A stretch of DNA of 64,000 bases from the NCBI GenBank assembly GCA_003344405.1, contig NOWV01000027.1, positions 310,001-374,000 on the forward strand. Direction: 5' to 3'. Shown one piece after another: positions 42,065-57,400 of the stretch; the stretch's first letter is position 1, and the number at the start of each line of letters is the position of its first letter. This DNA comes from Trichoplax sp. H2 (lineage: Eukaryota). The notes under the pieces were generated by a model. That model saw only the letters and a list, made by a program, of their open reading frames with translations. It was not told where the DNA came from and searched no databases. Made by a program: the position numbers and the translations under genes.

Positions 42065-45000
42065 CTAAGCCATTCCCGCTCGAATTTCCCATCTAAGTGC
42101 CTTCCGTTTCTTATCAGTCGGTACAATGTAATCATTTGGAGCATGGCATTGATGTGGCCTCTAGAATAAAATTATTAAAAAGTCAGCTTGGCACAAAGAT
42201 GCCGCTCATTATAATTGTAGTACTCACCGATTTAGGAGGATCATATTGTTGTATAAGTTGTTCCTATACCAGTTATAAATGAGATTATACAAAGGACAAT
42301 CATTAGACGCAGAACGATGTATTGTAAAATTAAAAAATACTTAAAACATAAATTATGTACATAATAGAATCTGATTTTGAAAAGGTATACAGTAGGATTT
42401 TAATTTAAATATTTGTTTACTGATCATATATCCCTGTTCCCAAGGTTTGAATTTAATTTATAGTAGTAATTAATATTCCTTACCCTAATTTGCCATCGAA
42501 GGACTTTGTGATTTTTTTCTCCCGGTACTCCTCTTGATCTCCATTCATTTGCATACCGATGATACCTGAATAAGCAATGGAAATTATAACTTTACTGGGA
42601 ATTACTTATTAAATAATGAGTAAATGCTTATTATTACGTTGCAACAGGGTCAGTTTTTTTCAGGTTTCGAGTGTGAGGATGCGTTGAAGATGGACGAATA
42701 ACTGAATTAATTAACAATAAAGTGAAAAACTTAGAGACACTGTATATAGTAAAACAATCATGCTTACGTATAATTTATATAACTGCATTAAAATTTGTAT
42801 TTTATAACTTACAGGAAGGTAGAACTTTCACAGAAGATTGAGGATAGTCTGTCCAGGTCTGCTGAAAAAAGTCAATATCTATTTACATGATTTTTTTGTA
42901 ATATCTTATCATCATCAACAAATCCATCCGTAGAGATTACAGTATATCGGGAGTAACTACAAACCTCATCGCTAGAAAATTTAGCAGCTTCGTTTGGCGA
43001 AACTGATCTTCTATCACGATTTAAGTTTTCTGCTGAATTGCTAATTCTGAATCTATCTGTATAGGCAGATTTTGCACCGTCACGCTCATCTGTAATTATT
43101 GAACCTGCAATAATTTAATCCAATTGTTATTGCTAGCATTTGGTAAAAAACAATTCATTTGGCTATACATCTTTATCAAAATAAGTATATTGTAAGCAAT
43201 ATTATATTTACCAGCTTCGCTTTCAGTTCCTGATTCATCAAATACGCGCGATTCTCCATTGTATTTTCTAAACAATGATATTTTAGTTACGTAAAATTTT
43301 ATTCCTGCATTAGTGTACGCATGCATTAATGTTATTCATAGAAATACCTTAAAACTTTTCGTTTTAGTATTGGTTTTCCTGCAGAAGGTGCAATCGCTGA
43401 TGCTTTACTGATATAGCGATTGATATTTCCTCTATTATTATCAGCTGATTCCTTATAGTAAGAGAAATTTTCCTTGTCGCCAATAATGTTTATCTAATAT
43501 CAAGAACAGTATCATTACTATCAATGCTGAATCTTGACAAAAGTTTTATGCCGCTTACAATTATCCTCTGAAAATGAGGAGATGCTAAATAATACGAAAT
43601 TATAGTATCGAACACGTAAAACATATTGTTACTCCATTGCAAGTGAGTGAATTGAAGATCACTAAGAAGATATATATTGGGGCTAGAACTAATTATATTA
43701 AATTATACAAATTTAAGTACTTTATTACTACAACTTTCAAATTGTTTAACGTTATCCATCACCTACACATACTCATATAAGGCAGATGATAGAATTACAG
43801 ATTTTGCAATTTTTCCATATTTATACAGTATAAAAAGTGGATAACGAGTTATGAATTACCGATTTTCGTTTGGGTACGGAAACTTCTTCGGTAATTTCAG
43901 AAAGTTGAGGCCTTGTATCGTAATCTAGATGAGGAAAAAGCGATATTTGCAATAGTAAAGTGAAATGTTTTAATACCGGGCTCAATTACATAGTCTATAT
44001 AAATTGTGCCGTCTATATACCCTACAGCATAGTATACCGATTATTCTCTTAAAGGATTTTACGAAATTACCGTAAATTTGTATGGGTCAGAAAGATTCTT
44101 TACTGAGTATGTAGTGAGTAACCTTATCACACATTCGACGGCATGTGAGTTAACATAATAGTGTAGCTAATATTGTGCTCTTACTTAGAGGTTAAAAATA
44201 CCGGGCACATAATTACAATTGATGATAACAATGATTTCTATTCGCAGTCTAAAGTTTAATACAAAGTCTCTTACTGTGCATAAGGGCAATACAGGTATGT
44301 ATTTCGGTTATATATTTATGTACAATGCACAAATGGTTAATTACTAGTAGACAGAAAGGCGTAAGAAGTAGCGTAACATAGTGGAATAACTAAATGTTCA
44401 ATGTAAAGTATATGTACAAAAATATAAGGTATCTGAGGCCTATCCTGCTTCAGTATGATACTGTATATCGACATCAAAAAATAACTGAAATGATTACATG
44501 ATAAGTATGGTATACAGCACTATTTTATGTATCTACTGATGCTATAAATGCCATTCTACAGTATACGAGTATACGTATACGTATTAATCAGTATCATAAG
44601 GTCTTTACAAAGCTCCATCTTACCGTCGTAATAATCGCGATCACCACCATCAAGAATATAGTCATGCGGATCGATAGAAGGTGTTGTCATAGTGCTGCTA
44701 CTGCTAAGCAAACTATTTCTCTGTCTTTCATGTTTCGCCAAAGTATTCAAGTCTATAGCATATTTCAAAGAGTGAGGATACGTAAATATGGAAATAAATA
44801 ATACAGTCAATATAATTATCCTGAAAGATACAAAGACTACTGTCGCTATTGTCAACCCAACTAACCTTAAAGTTATATTGGCGTAGGCTAAAACTAGTAC
44901 TGTACGTATAATGTGAATTTATCGATGGAATAGTGATTTAGCCTTAACTAGAGTCTATCGGAAGAAATTTAAAATTGCATACTTATTGGAACGTTTCCTT

Positions 45001-45399
45001 AGCTAGTAATGGTGCGATTAATCAAGTCACTTTTTCATTGATTTTGGCATGGAGTTACATCAGCGATTCAATACGAATAGTGTATTAAAATGAAATGGTA
45101 ACAAACTATTTGTAGAAATAAAGGATACATGATCATGCTTTTACTACCAGTCTAACTAAGTGATAGGATCATGCACATCTGCAACCGGACTACGATAGCA
45201 CAAATTACAACACTCGATTAAAAAAGATATATGACAAACAGTAACATCTTCTCTTAATATACTGTATGTACGTATAGTACGTAAGTTAGTAATTACCTTC
45301 AGCAAATTTATCCAATTTATTCTTTGGTATCTGATTGTATCCAAACGATTTGAGTTGCTTTTTAATTTCTTCTAATGAGAATATACTCTCTTCATCCAT
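42065..45399 (-). CDS. HYLS1: Centriole/ciliogenesis protein HYLS1, multi-exon
   Basis: N-terminus MDEESIFSLEEIKKQLKSFGY. Middle KRKVLR|KYNGESRVFDES. C-terminal HYLS1 box KKTDPVAT|YHRYANEW..PGEKNHKVLRWQIR|EQL..PNDYIVPTDKKRKALRWEIR. TAG at 42065-42067. Confidence 0.88.
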
Positions 45400-46930
45400 T
45401 GCTCTTCTTTTAATATGTATTATTATGATTGCTCTACTTTCCAATAAAGTAAGAAATAGAATTGACAATTTAGCACCGATAGATAAGTAATAGCAAATGA
45501 CAATGCAACTAAAATTGCAATAACAGCAGTTACTCCTACCAAGACAATAATTGGTCTATTTTTCGACGATTTATATCGATAATAGTTGAATCAGCGTTTT
45601 GAATCTATCTTCTTCTTGTCGCTTTTTGTTGTGCTTGGGTGTGTATGGATCAGCGAACGAATGTTCAATTCCAGGACAGTCGAGTGCAATTTTGCAGTAA
45701 ATAAATAAATAGTTGTTTATCCAGATGCTATCTTATCTTAATGTGTAGCTGACTGTGGTAAAAATACGAAAGGCAAGTACTCCAATCGAACTTTCACTAT
45801 GGAATCAATGGATTAAAATATGGAAAATGGGTCAAAATTTCAATCCTGCAATGTTCAAATGGCCTTAACTCTCTCACCGATCCTAACCAACCTAAATTGG
45901 CTGTTGGCTTTGCCTCTTTTCTACTTGTCGGTTATAACGAGCAAAGTTAAAATTGTGGGATATTCAATTTGAAAGGTTTTGACGCGACTACGCACGCGTA
46001 CCAGGTTCACTTCTTGCTTACAGTACAATATATTGTGTACCATAGTCCTGCGGTACTGTACACTGTAGATTACGAACGAGCAATCAGTCCGAATAGGACC
46101 TATCCCCCAATCTGCCTCTAGATTGTTCATTTACAAGAATAGAAAGACAAAAATAAAGTAAACACGCAAATGTATATTTTGATCGTGGAAAGTCTAGTGA
46201 TATCTACAACTGCTGGACTCTAAACAATCTTAGCAACGTATTTTTTAATGATCGGGGCATTCTAGTGGCATCATTTGGTTGCACTGCACTAGAATACTCG
46301 TTATGTAGTCATGTAATCTGATCATGTGTTTTCAAACAGATTACTGCTTTATTCATTTACCTACATCAATGTTGAGCAGAAATCTCCTCATCTTCTGTTA
46401 TACGGTCTATTGTAGTACAACTCGATGGCAACTTGTACTTTGAGGTCGATGTTTTTGTACAAAAAAAAGGACATTATCGTCGACTGTACTGTATCAGTAA
46501 AAGCTGTTGCCATACAAATTTTTGTATTCGAAAATTCTATTTTACGATGATTGCCCCTCGTCCTCGATTCAATCATCAAGACTAACGCTAACAATTTGTC
46601 CACATTAACGTGCAAAATAAATCGAAATCGAATATGTCAATTAGTCTAATTTTTCCATTTTGCGACGTCACTAGTGTAATGTTATTTGTGTTGCGTCAAA
46701 AGGATGTCAGTAGATTGAGTAGGATAGAAGTTATTTTTATTTCTGTTCTTTTTTACTTTACATTATCACTGCCAGTTCATCTTAGTCTGGACCTTAAACA
46801 GGTGATTACTGGTAATTCCTCGTAGTCCAATGGCTGCACAAGTGGACATATAGTAGTCAAGATGTGGAGAAAAGATCTAGGCTGGTGATGATGACGTGAT
46901 GACTACCGAGTGTTGCTCAACTTAGGAACT

Positions 46931-47060
46931 CTGTACAGTACAGTACAGTACTGTATGTACTCACAGTACTATACTGTGTACGATAGCGCTTTAGCACGTA
47001 CTGTACTGTACACTGTAGTAGCATGACTGTACTGTACGGTATACTGTACTGTACTGTACA
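46931..47060. repeat. ACTGT/ACAGT pentamer array, about 90 bp upstream of the UROC1 ATG
   Basis: ctgtacagtacagtacagtactgtatgtactcacagtactatactgtg...gtactgtactgtacactgtag...tactgtactgtactgtaca. Confidence 0.85.
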
Positions 47061-47151
47061 CCCTCGAGCGTGTTGGACCACCTAAAGACCTCCGCGTTAG
47101 TCATTCCGTGATCTCTCCTTGCTTGCTTAACAGCGACAACTTTGGTCTATC

Positions 47152-50100
47152 ATGGCGACTTTGAAAGAAATTTGCTCCGGACTGCCTGTTGATCCATTGC
47201 CACCACCACCTCCACAAGAACGCGATACCAGTGTTCCACATGCGCCAGTTCGTAAAACTAACTTGACTTTTGAGGAAGAAAAGGTATAATTTCAATCTGT
47301 ATCTAAAGGACTTGTAATGGCAGTGTAAGACCCATCACTTGACTCGACACTCTACAGCTTAGTTAAATTGAATAAAATACGATGGTAGTATCCATACATG
47401 ATGATATTGAATGTACTATATAGTGTACACCGAAATCAATGACTTTCCTGTGCAATGGGATGATACCATTTTATTCAAGGTCTGTCGATTAGAGCTGCCG
47501 ATGCAGTAGTTCAATAGCTAGCAATCGAAGCCTAGATGATCGCTTGCTCTAATTAGGAGAGGCGTTGACATGGATCCGTATACGCTTATGTACATCAGTA
47601 CATGTAGTATATTTATTTTATTTTATTGTACTACTGTACTATAATCATAATCAATAAAATTGCCTTTTATAGGAAGGTAAAGTGTTATAATGTTCACTGT
47701 ACGGTATGATGGTAAGGATTCGTAATTAAAAATGGCTAAACAACTTTCCATGAGCAGTTTCTATATTGCCTTTCATATTGATAATGATGATATCCAAGCC
47801 TATATTAACGTATAGTAATGATGACTTAGAGCAAAAACAACTGTAATATCTTAAAACGCTTTGGTACGGTATTACTCTTGAAGTAACTAAACTACTGTGT
47901 ATATGTTACACATACATAAAATGCTAAAGTTTGTTGATACACAAAATGCTAAAGTTTGTTGATACACAAAATGCTAAAGTTTATCGATACATAAAATGCT
48001 AAAGTTTATCGATACACAAAATGCTAAAGTTTGTTGATACATAAAATGCTAAAGTTTATTGATACACAAAATGCTAAAGTTTGTTGATTGTCAGCAAGGC
48101 TAATTTTTGCTAGTACAAATTCTACTCCGAAAGAAACATCAGTAATCAGAACCTAAAATAGATCACTGCAGGACTATAGCATAAAAGAGGATAACCATGA
48201 TTATGCTGAAAAATAAGAGCTTAAATACAATGTTAACTTTACTTTTTACTATTGAAACGTAATATTTTGCTATAGTGTAGTATAGTAGCCAAAGTCGACC
48301 CACTGATCAATTCTTAATAAATATAACTGATATAAATCAATTAATTACAAGCACATAATAGTAATCGTTCGCTGCATACAGGTGTGAAATTGTTAATTGT
48401 ATGCATCTATAGAATGTATACTAGTGTTCATACGTATATAACGATAACGATATTACTGCCATTTTATCTTACAGCTTGCATTGAAAAATGCCCTTCGTTA
48501 TTTCCCAATCGAATACCATCCTGAGTTGGCTCCTGAATTTGCCTATGAACTAAAGACATACGGCCATATTTATATGTATCGATTTCGTCCGGCTATTCCA
48601 ATGAAGTAAGATAAATACATTAGATTGAAAATGATGATGCACGTTCAGTCCTTTCTGTAATATAGTAATTAAGTATAACTAGGAACGCTAGCTAATGAGA
48701 TCGCGTTCTGCTATCTTAATTACAATTCTGATAGAATTATGTAAACTCGATTCCCATTCCTATCTTATTTAGATGGCATCTAGTTCTGAAATAAGTATTT
48801 ATAAAATACCATCTCATTATAATTGTAAATAACAGAGCCTATCCGATTCATGAATATCCAACCAACACGAAACAGGCTGCTGCAATCATGCATATGATTA
48901 TGAATAACTTGGATCCCGAAGTAGCTCAAGTAAGAATGTTCAACAAACTTTTTTGATATCTACAGGATCATACAATAATTAATCGTTATATTTTATACAT
49001 TACTATAATTATAAAATGATAATGTATGGTATTCCTTTAGCCTCCCTCTCATTTTATTTGTAGTTTCCGCACGAATTAGTAACGTACGGGGGCAATGGTC
49101 AAGTTCTGTCAAATTGGGCACAGGTACGATGAGATGCTATCAAAAGTATACAGTTTTTACTTATTTACAAGTAAAATCTTATAATATGAGAAGAGCTACA
49201 AAAAATAAATAAGCCAACATAACGATAATGCTAGTGCTTATACCCAGTGATCTGGTACTTGTTGTCTAATGTCATTCCCAGGCGTAATAATGCTAAAAAT
49301 TGGTGATAAAATTTTACAAAATACCAGTCGTATGAAACATTTTATTATTTCTAGATATTTTTTTCATCGCTAGTTTGTGTATGAGCGTTATATTACATTG
49401 TTTAGTGTTGTACGTACATTTAACATGATTACATTAATGTACTAACTATTAGCTTTTCATTTACCGCAAATGGTAAAGTTTTGGATATTGATGTACTATT
49501 TGGCGGAAATGAATGAAGATCAAATGCTGGTTATGAATTCTGGTCATCCACAAGGACTCTATCCAGCCTTTCCGGATTCTCCAAGACTTGTTATTTCGAA
49601 TGGCTTGGTAAATTTATCCATGGCCTATCATGTTCTTTACTAAAGTTATATAATTGTATAATTTACGCCTATCCCTGTGAACCTTCTTCATATCGTCGTT
49701 ACATCCAGATTTATCAATCTATCTTTTGTATCTAGGTTATTCCTAATTACTCTTCTCGTTCGGACTATGAACGGATGTTCGCGTTAGGTGTTTCAATGTA
49801 AGTGTACAGTTCGTATTTTAATTTATAGGTAGAATGCTGATAAAAAATTTCCTACTACATTTCAGGTATGGACAAATGACTGCAGGAAGTTATTCTTACA
49901 TTGGACCACAGGGAATAGTTCATGGTACAACGGTAAAGACGCATTATATAGGATAAAACTAAAAACTATAGTGCTATATTATTTTGCCGACCTATACGGT
50001 TCTTAATTTGATCAATTGGACTAAGCCAAATAAAAAACTTTCACAGTTTCTATTCATTCATATCGGTAGAAGGCTGAGTAATGATGCTATTTGAAAGATA

Positions 50101-53100
50101 TAATAAATATTATATATATTTAATTATACAGATAGCACCATTGATTGATTATGATTTAAATTGAAATTAGATTACTATTATGAATGTTGCTCGACGTCGA
50201 ACTGGCACATCTGTTATGAGTGGAAAGGTATTTTATATTTATCATTAAAGTATACAACCATACACGATAAAATGAATTCATAGTATGCTGTTGTTGTAAG
50301 GTTTTCGTCACTTCAGGCCTGGGAGGTATGAGTGGCGCTCAACCCAAAGCTGCCGTAATCTGTGGTTGTATTGGTGTTGTAGCGGAGGTATTGTAATGAA
50401 TTCAGCTTAGAAAATTTCGTTGGTATTTCACAAAAGTAATTGTTTAGCGATAGAATATTCGTTTAATGTGATTATGTTAGGTCAGCAAAGATGCTTTAGA
50501 GAAGAGGCATAAACAGGGGTAAATACAGCGTATATCTTTATAACAATGTAAACCTAATCTATCCACTCTTTGAGTACACTCATAATTATCATTTGTTAGA
50601 TGGGTGACTACCGTTTGCACGTCCTTGGAAGATTGCATAGCACGAATAAGGTAAGCAAATTAACCCTAAAATCATGTTTAGTAATATAGTAACTATATTT
50701 CTTCAATTAATCATCTACAGATTTATATCATTTAATCACTTCTTCAAACTAATTTGTTTCTTTAAGATATAAGCAGATACTCATTACTGTAGCTGACTAT
50801 TAGCTATAATTGATTTGATGTTCATATCAACTTTTATTTATACTTACTGCTATTCTCCTCTATATAACTATTAATACTATTCAGGGAGTACAAAAAAAAG
50901 GGAGAAGCTGTTAGCATAGGTTTCCATGGAAATGTTGTGACTCTATGGTAAGGTTTATTTTTCACACATATCATCACGTATCCAATGTTTGTTAATTTAT
51001 CTATCGCCTCTCCAATACAGGGAGGGACTTGCGGAAGAGTATGAAAAAACTGGAGAATTATTAGTCGATTTTGGATCAGATCAAACATCTTTACATTGCC
51101 CATTTAACGGTGGTTATTACCCAGTACAGGTAGTCCAGATATAACTTAAACTTACTACGGCAATCGCAATCTACATATCTACTTATTCGTTTCAGTATGG
51201 ATCAAAGGGATGCAAGAAATGCGTTATTGTCATGATTACGCAGTAGTGAATTTTCTACATATATCGTATATTTTGATACAGTTAACTTTCGAAGAAGCAC
51301 AGAAAGTTATGGTAGAGAAACCCGACAGATTTAAGACTATGGTGCAAGAAAGGTTATTTTTGATATCTATATAGCGCTTGTACCTGTACTTTAATTCGCT
51401 ATTTTATACTCTTAAATATATAATACTTTCTTTTATTAGTTTACGTCGTCAAATTGCAGCAATAAATAAATTATCTGCTCAAGGTATGTATTTCTGGGAT
51501 TATGGAAATGCCTTCCTACTTGAAGCTGGACGTGCAGGTAATTTTCCTTTATCGGATGTATACTTACTCTGTTTATTATTAACCAGAAGAATTTTATTGC
51601 GTTGTATTTATTGCCACCTAACTATGCTATATATGAAATATCTTGCGAATGTTATAAAGTATTAATGTTACTTTATTATTGATTTTGATTTGCTATATCA
51701 CAAGGTGCTGATGTATTTAAAGAATTCTCCGAAGGCAAATATAAATACCCAACTTACATTCAAGACATAATGGGGTAATTGCAAAATATCGAAACTAAGT
51801 TTTGGTTGAGCCCTTGTTATTATAAAAAGTAATATTTCTTTCTCGCTATTCTTTCTTTATACCTACAGAGATATATTTTCTCTTGGCTTTGGCCCATTTA
51901 GGTAATGTTATTTGTATGAAATTAAATCTCCTTGATTTTCTAATTTTGTGTTGATTTGATACCTTACACATTCTAAGACTATATGACCTATATTTCATAT
52001 AATAAAGGTGGGTGTGCACTTCAGGGAATCCTGTGGATTTAGAGAAAACTGACGAAATTGCAAAGACTGTATTACTTAATGCAATTGGGGAAGGAGGTTC
52101 ATTTTATAGAGTATTAATCTTTATATATTAGACATCAATGATTATTAAAAGCATCGTAAATATTAATATAATAATGCTTCTCTTAGTTCCAGAAAATATT
52201 CAGGAACAATATGAAGATAATATCAAATGGATTACGGAAGCTGCAAAGCATAAAATGGTACTTCAAAGCATTGATCAGCCTTAAATAATAAGTCGTACCT
52301 AGATGATGCATTTGTATCATCGTAAGCTCCCTAAAACTAATAACAATACTTGAGAATGATTAGCATAGTAATGAAGGTATCTACATAGGTTGTAGGCTCG
52401 CAAGCTCGTATATTATATTCCGATCTGAAAGGACGACGCGCTATAGCATTAGCTTTCAATGACGCTGTTAAAACTGGAAAAATCGAGGTACTCTGTTTGT
52501 AGAATCGATACATTAATTTACAATAGGACTGTATGGAGCACTGGTTAATACTCAATATATAATTATTTCTGTTCTCGTAGACTGTTTGATATGTTCTTAC
52601 TCATATCCAGACGGTTATTATTTATTGCCATAGGCTCCGGTAGTTATTACCAGGGACCATCACGATGTCAGCGGTACGGACAGTCCTTTCCGTGAAACTT
52701 CAAATGTTTACGATGGTTCTTGCTTTTGTGCTGGTAATTAAGTATATACGAGTTAAATGCTTTAGCTATATGAACTTTGGTTAGTTCATCAATTGCGTGA
52801 ATTGAGAATTGGATATTATTTTTAATCGTTATCAGATATGGCAATACAAAACGTTATTGGAGATTCTTTTCGAGGAGCGACTTGGGTATCAATTCACAAT
52901 GGCGGAGGTGTCGGCTGGTATGAGTTTCACTGTATAAAGTGTATAATTTCGTGATTTTTATTGCCAATACATTAGTTTCTCTGTAACGTTTCTAACTCGT
53001 CATCACCTTTGAATCTTGACGTAGGGGAGAAGTTATTAATGGTGGATTTGGTATTGTCTTAGATGGAACTCCCGTTAGTATTGTGTCGATATCAGTTTAA

Positions 53101-53505
53101 AATATTAGCTTATGTATTGCCTACCCGACTTCGAAATTAGTTATGTTCATTAACTTACTACAATACAATAATTATCATAAATTCAATTAGGAAGCTGATG
53201 AGCACGCTGCATCTATGCTTATGTGGGATGTCTTAAATGGGGTAAATTAAAATTCGAATGAACGATAAATCCTTTACGATGAAAGGACTGCATACATCAT
53301 TGTATAGTAATAATTTCAAGTGTATGTATACTTAATTCTTTAATTTTATTAGATTTCCAGACGAAGCTGGACAGGTAACTCCAATGCTGAAGCAACTATA
53401 AAACTTGCTATGAAAGATATTCATAATTTGGAGGTAACTGTTCCATACCATGTCAAAGATCACTCAGTAATAGAGTCAGCTTTAGAAAAGTGGCACAACG
53501 GCTAG
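47152..53505 (+). CDS. UROC1: Urocanate hydratase (urocanase), eukaryotic type, multi-exon
   Basis: MATLKEICSGLP..VPHAPVR|LALKNALRYFP..YGHIYMYRFRP, MIMNNLDPEVAQFPHELVTYGGNGQV, YGQMTAGSYSYIGPQGIVHGT, FVTSGLGGMSGAQ, FWDYGNAFL, RDHHDVSGTDSPFRETS and GATWVSIHNGGGVGWG. TAG at 53503-53505. Confidence 0.97.
47912..48088. repeat. Minisatellite, 7 x 25 bp, in UROC1 intron 1
   Basis: Unit ATAC(A)(T/C)AAAATGCTAAAGTTT(G/A)T(T/C)G repeated head-to-tail with no spacers. Confidence 0.95.
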
Positions 53506-54461
53506 AATTCATCATCCTATTTGCATCACTATAGCATTGAGTTTGATATCACCAGAAATTTGAACGCTTTAGCATCCACAGCTTTAAAAATTACGCCTGA
53601 TATACTTATAACACCTATCATTGTAACTGAGCTACTCGATGTTATCTCAAAGTTACGCAGATGGTTCGAGATAAGTAATCATAATCATAGTAGTCATGAT
53701 TAAGCAGCAACAGATGAGTGCATAACAATCACAAATATGCTTATAATAATATGTAGCCGAAACGCCAGATTCTGGTAGAATCTCTTTCGCAATATTGTAA
53801 TGTTTAGAAATTTACAGTTACAATTACATATTATATACTCCAATATTTAAGTTTTCGAGTGAACTTAGAAATTAATTATTCACAGTATTAAAAATATTTA
53901 TCCAAGTTGTACGTGTAGTGTAATGCAACTAGCAATAATCTCTCGTTTGTAATAAACTTTCAGTGAGGAATACATCATTTAATGGCATTTATTATTCCGC
54001 ATACAACCATATTGCATAAGGTTGTTTATGCTGGATGCTACAGTTAAATAATGTTCATTAGTTAACAATATAACGTATAGTTATACAACTTGCCTAATAA
54101 CTATGATAGGTACTACACGTATAAAATAAAATTTAAATTTATTAGCTATTTGCTATTCTGAAATAAAAATATATTAAAGTGGCACAACCATAATAGTATA
54201 TTTCATATATACTGCATCTCATAGTTAAAGCATAGCTGACCATTATAATAAAAAGATATACAAATTTATTAGCCTATAAAATCAGATTTTGGAATGTTAC
54301 TAGGAGCATGCCGGTTGCAAAATTTTAATATACACAATATCGTTTCTGCATTCAGCAGCTTTATAGCAAATCGTAATAAATAGTAATTCAATAGTCTCAA
54401 TAATGCAATACATAATATGTAGCTATTTCGATATCATTCTAACGAATGAATACCAATTATA

Positions 54462-57400
54462 TTAGCCAAATTTGTAAGTTGTGAAAGTTCTATCAAATAT
54501 CGGCTTACATGGAACAATTGCTCCTAATTTTGTACATAGTAAAAATACGCCTGACATTTTTCGATGTAAGGAATAACTTTCCTCTGGTGGTGGTGTTAAT
54601 CGATGTTGTAACATAATAGGAACAAGGCTTCTTATTTTATATGTTAAAGTTTGATCTCGGAAATTGTACGGTTCACTAAAAGAAAAAGGTTCACCAAGTG
54701 CTACTACAGCTTCGATATGGGCTTCAGTCATCACCTAGAGACACAAAGTTACATATAATGTTACCTTTACAGAAGTGATAAATTCATTTTAATTATTCGC
54801 AGTATAATACAAATCGAATTTTGAAAATAGGCTAAATTTATAGCAAATTTTTACCTTTGATTCATAACCAGTAAGAAAACCTAACTTCTTCGATGCTTGC
54901 TCGATAGTCTTTCTGTCCTTTTTAGAAGCAGCATTGATAATCTACAAGGCAAGAATTAACAAATAGCACCGTGATTATATTTTATAATACTATACATCGA
55001 ATAAAAATAATACATACTTTGAAGTACTCGTCAACAAAAGCTTTGTCGTATCCACGAGTGGCACCAAAGTCTAGCAATATAACCTATAGTAATGGGATGG
55101 ATGCGATAATTTAAATTAAACGATAAAGTAAAAGTACTGAGTAACGCGAGAATTACAGCAGAAATAATCTTACTTTTCCACTGAGCGGATCGTAAAAAAA
55201 ATTTGACCAATTTGGATCAGTTTGCATATATCGTAATTCAAAAACTTCTCGAAGGCATAAATCTAGAATATTTAAGCTTATCTACGGTAAAATAATAATA
55301 ATAACATACAGAAGAAATTAATCTAAAATGGAAGCATTGCAATTGAATGTGCAAGTTAAGAAATTTAATCACTACTTTACAATAATGAGCATATTGTAGT
55401 TTATCATACCCTATTACGAGTCTCTTGATCCAAATCGAACGTTTTATCTAACGGCATTCCTCGAATGAATTCACACGTTAAGACTCTTTTGGCGGTTAAT
55501 TCAGGAATTATTTCCGGGATATAAAACCTCTCATCATCCTTAAGTAATTTCCTAAATAATAGGATGATAATTAAAAATACATAGAAATCCACGATTCTAT
55601 AACACATTTTAAAGTCATCAAATGAATACAGTAAATTGGATGACAACAAGTTTGTATCATCAGTGAAAACTTTACTTCATTTTTTGTTGGCATTCAGCCT
55701 CTCTTTCGTAATCGACTTCCCATGCCAATTCTCTTTTAGCAACTGTGACAGCATTCTCCGCATACATACCTATAAAATTTTCACAAAATAGATGTTGGAA
55801 GAGGGTACTAATATTTTTTACCATAATCCACAATTATTAGTATACCTTCAGGCAGCAATTTCCACATACTAAGAATGGTCATTAGTGTATCAAGGTCGCT
55901 ATTGATACTATTCGCAACGCCAGGATACTAGTGTCAATCACATAATATTATACATGATAAATTAGAGTCAGTAGCTCTTTTAAAAATTTCCTAATACTAA
56001 TGTTGATGACATCGGTAACGATTGTATATCACGATGGGTATCATATGAATATTCACTTATATTAATTCTACCTTTGAACAGTAATTTACCTGAATTTTAA
56101 TAGCAACGACACGACCATCCTTTAGAACAGCACGATGTACTTGGCCAATTGATGCAGCTGCAACAGGTTTAGGATTAAATTCCGCAAGATTACTTTTCCA
56201 GTCATTCCCAAGCTCTTCCCGTAACACAGCCTTCACGTACGGCAGCAAAAAAAAATTTTCAATGTTAGATAAGAAATCGCAATTGCTATCTATCTCAATT
56301 TTTCAATTACTGTGATGTCTTACTTCCATTTGGTATCGAGGCATAAAATCGGCACTTTGTCTGACACGCTCAAAAATACGTTGCAATTCCGGAGAAATTA
56401 GAGAGTTATCTAAACAACAAAATAAAAACATTTAAATCCTTAAAGTTCGGGATAATTGTTTGGAAAAGCGTAGAGCAGTAAATAATAACATTTAAAGAAA
56501 TTACAGCTGCAATTTTTATAAGCACAGCCAACCTTGAATACTTAGCATTTGACCAAGTTTAAGAGCAGCTCCACGTAAATTGCATAGAGTATTGATAATT
56601 TTCTCAACATTGGCTTCGCTTAAAAATACACTACCGCCAAGACCATTCGCATCTGATTCTGCTAAAGGTGAAATTTACAGCAAATATATTACATAAATAA
56701 TTATAATTGAAGTATCCATGAACGGATAATATGAGTTACTAGTACACTATAATGTAAAGTTGTAAGACATACTTGCTGTGTAGCTTTAATAAAAATAAAG
56801 TAGAGTTCAATATAGTATAAAATTGTAAAATATCAATCACTTACGTGTCCTTTTGACACCTAAGGCTTTCTTTGTTGCTTCAGTTATAGCGCCGATACCT
56901 AAACTGGCGGCTAAGCCTGAAGTAACAGATAAAATGGTAGCAATATTCATCAGTTGCTATTATGAAACCATGGCATAAAATGAGGCTTACAGTATAATTG
57001 TGTAACGTCTCAATCTATGGTCTGTAATTAACTAATTTAGTATCTAATATATATTACGTTTCAGTAAGCTAGTAACTATAATGTATGCCAATATTTGATA
57101 TACGCATGGAATATCATCGTGTCTTAGCACGATATTCTATACATCAGTGTTTAGTGGCAAAATTAATATTGCATTCAGCCCTTTACGAGAGAGTCACAAC
57201 AGTTATAAAACTGCTAATCTCCCATACACAAAGAATGCAGTCAGTTAAAACCTTATGATCTAAGTTGAGTAGCATAAGTTAAAAGCTATTTAGTCAATGT
57301 TATTTTGATATTACCGCTATACTTCCACAAACGGCCAATTTTTGTCGAAGGCACGGCTTTTTCTTTTGCACTTTCCGATAGCTGTATAAAAGTAAATACT

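Noticed and set aside
46884..46935. C/D snoRNA candidate (ATGATGA, GTGATGA boxes)
   Set aside because: There is no suitably placed CTGA D box or terminal stem.
47912..48088. CRISPR-like array
   Set aside because: The repeats are head-to-tail with no unique spacers, lie in a eukaryotic intron, and no cas genes are present.
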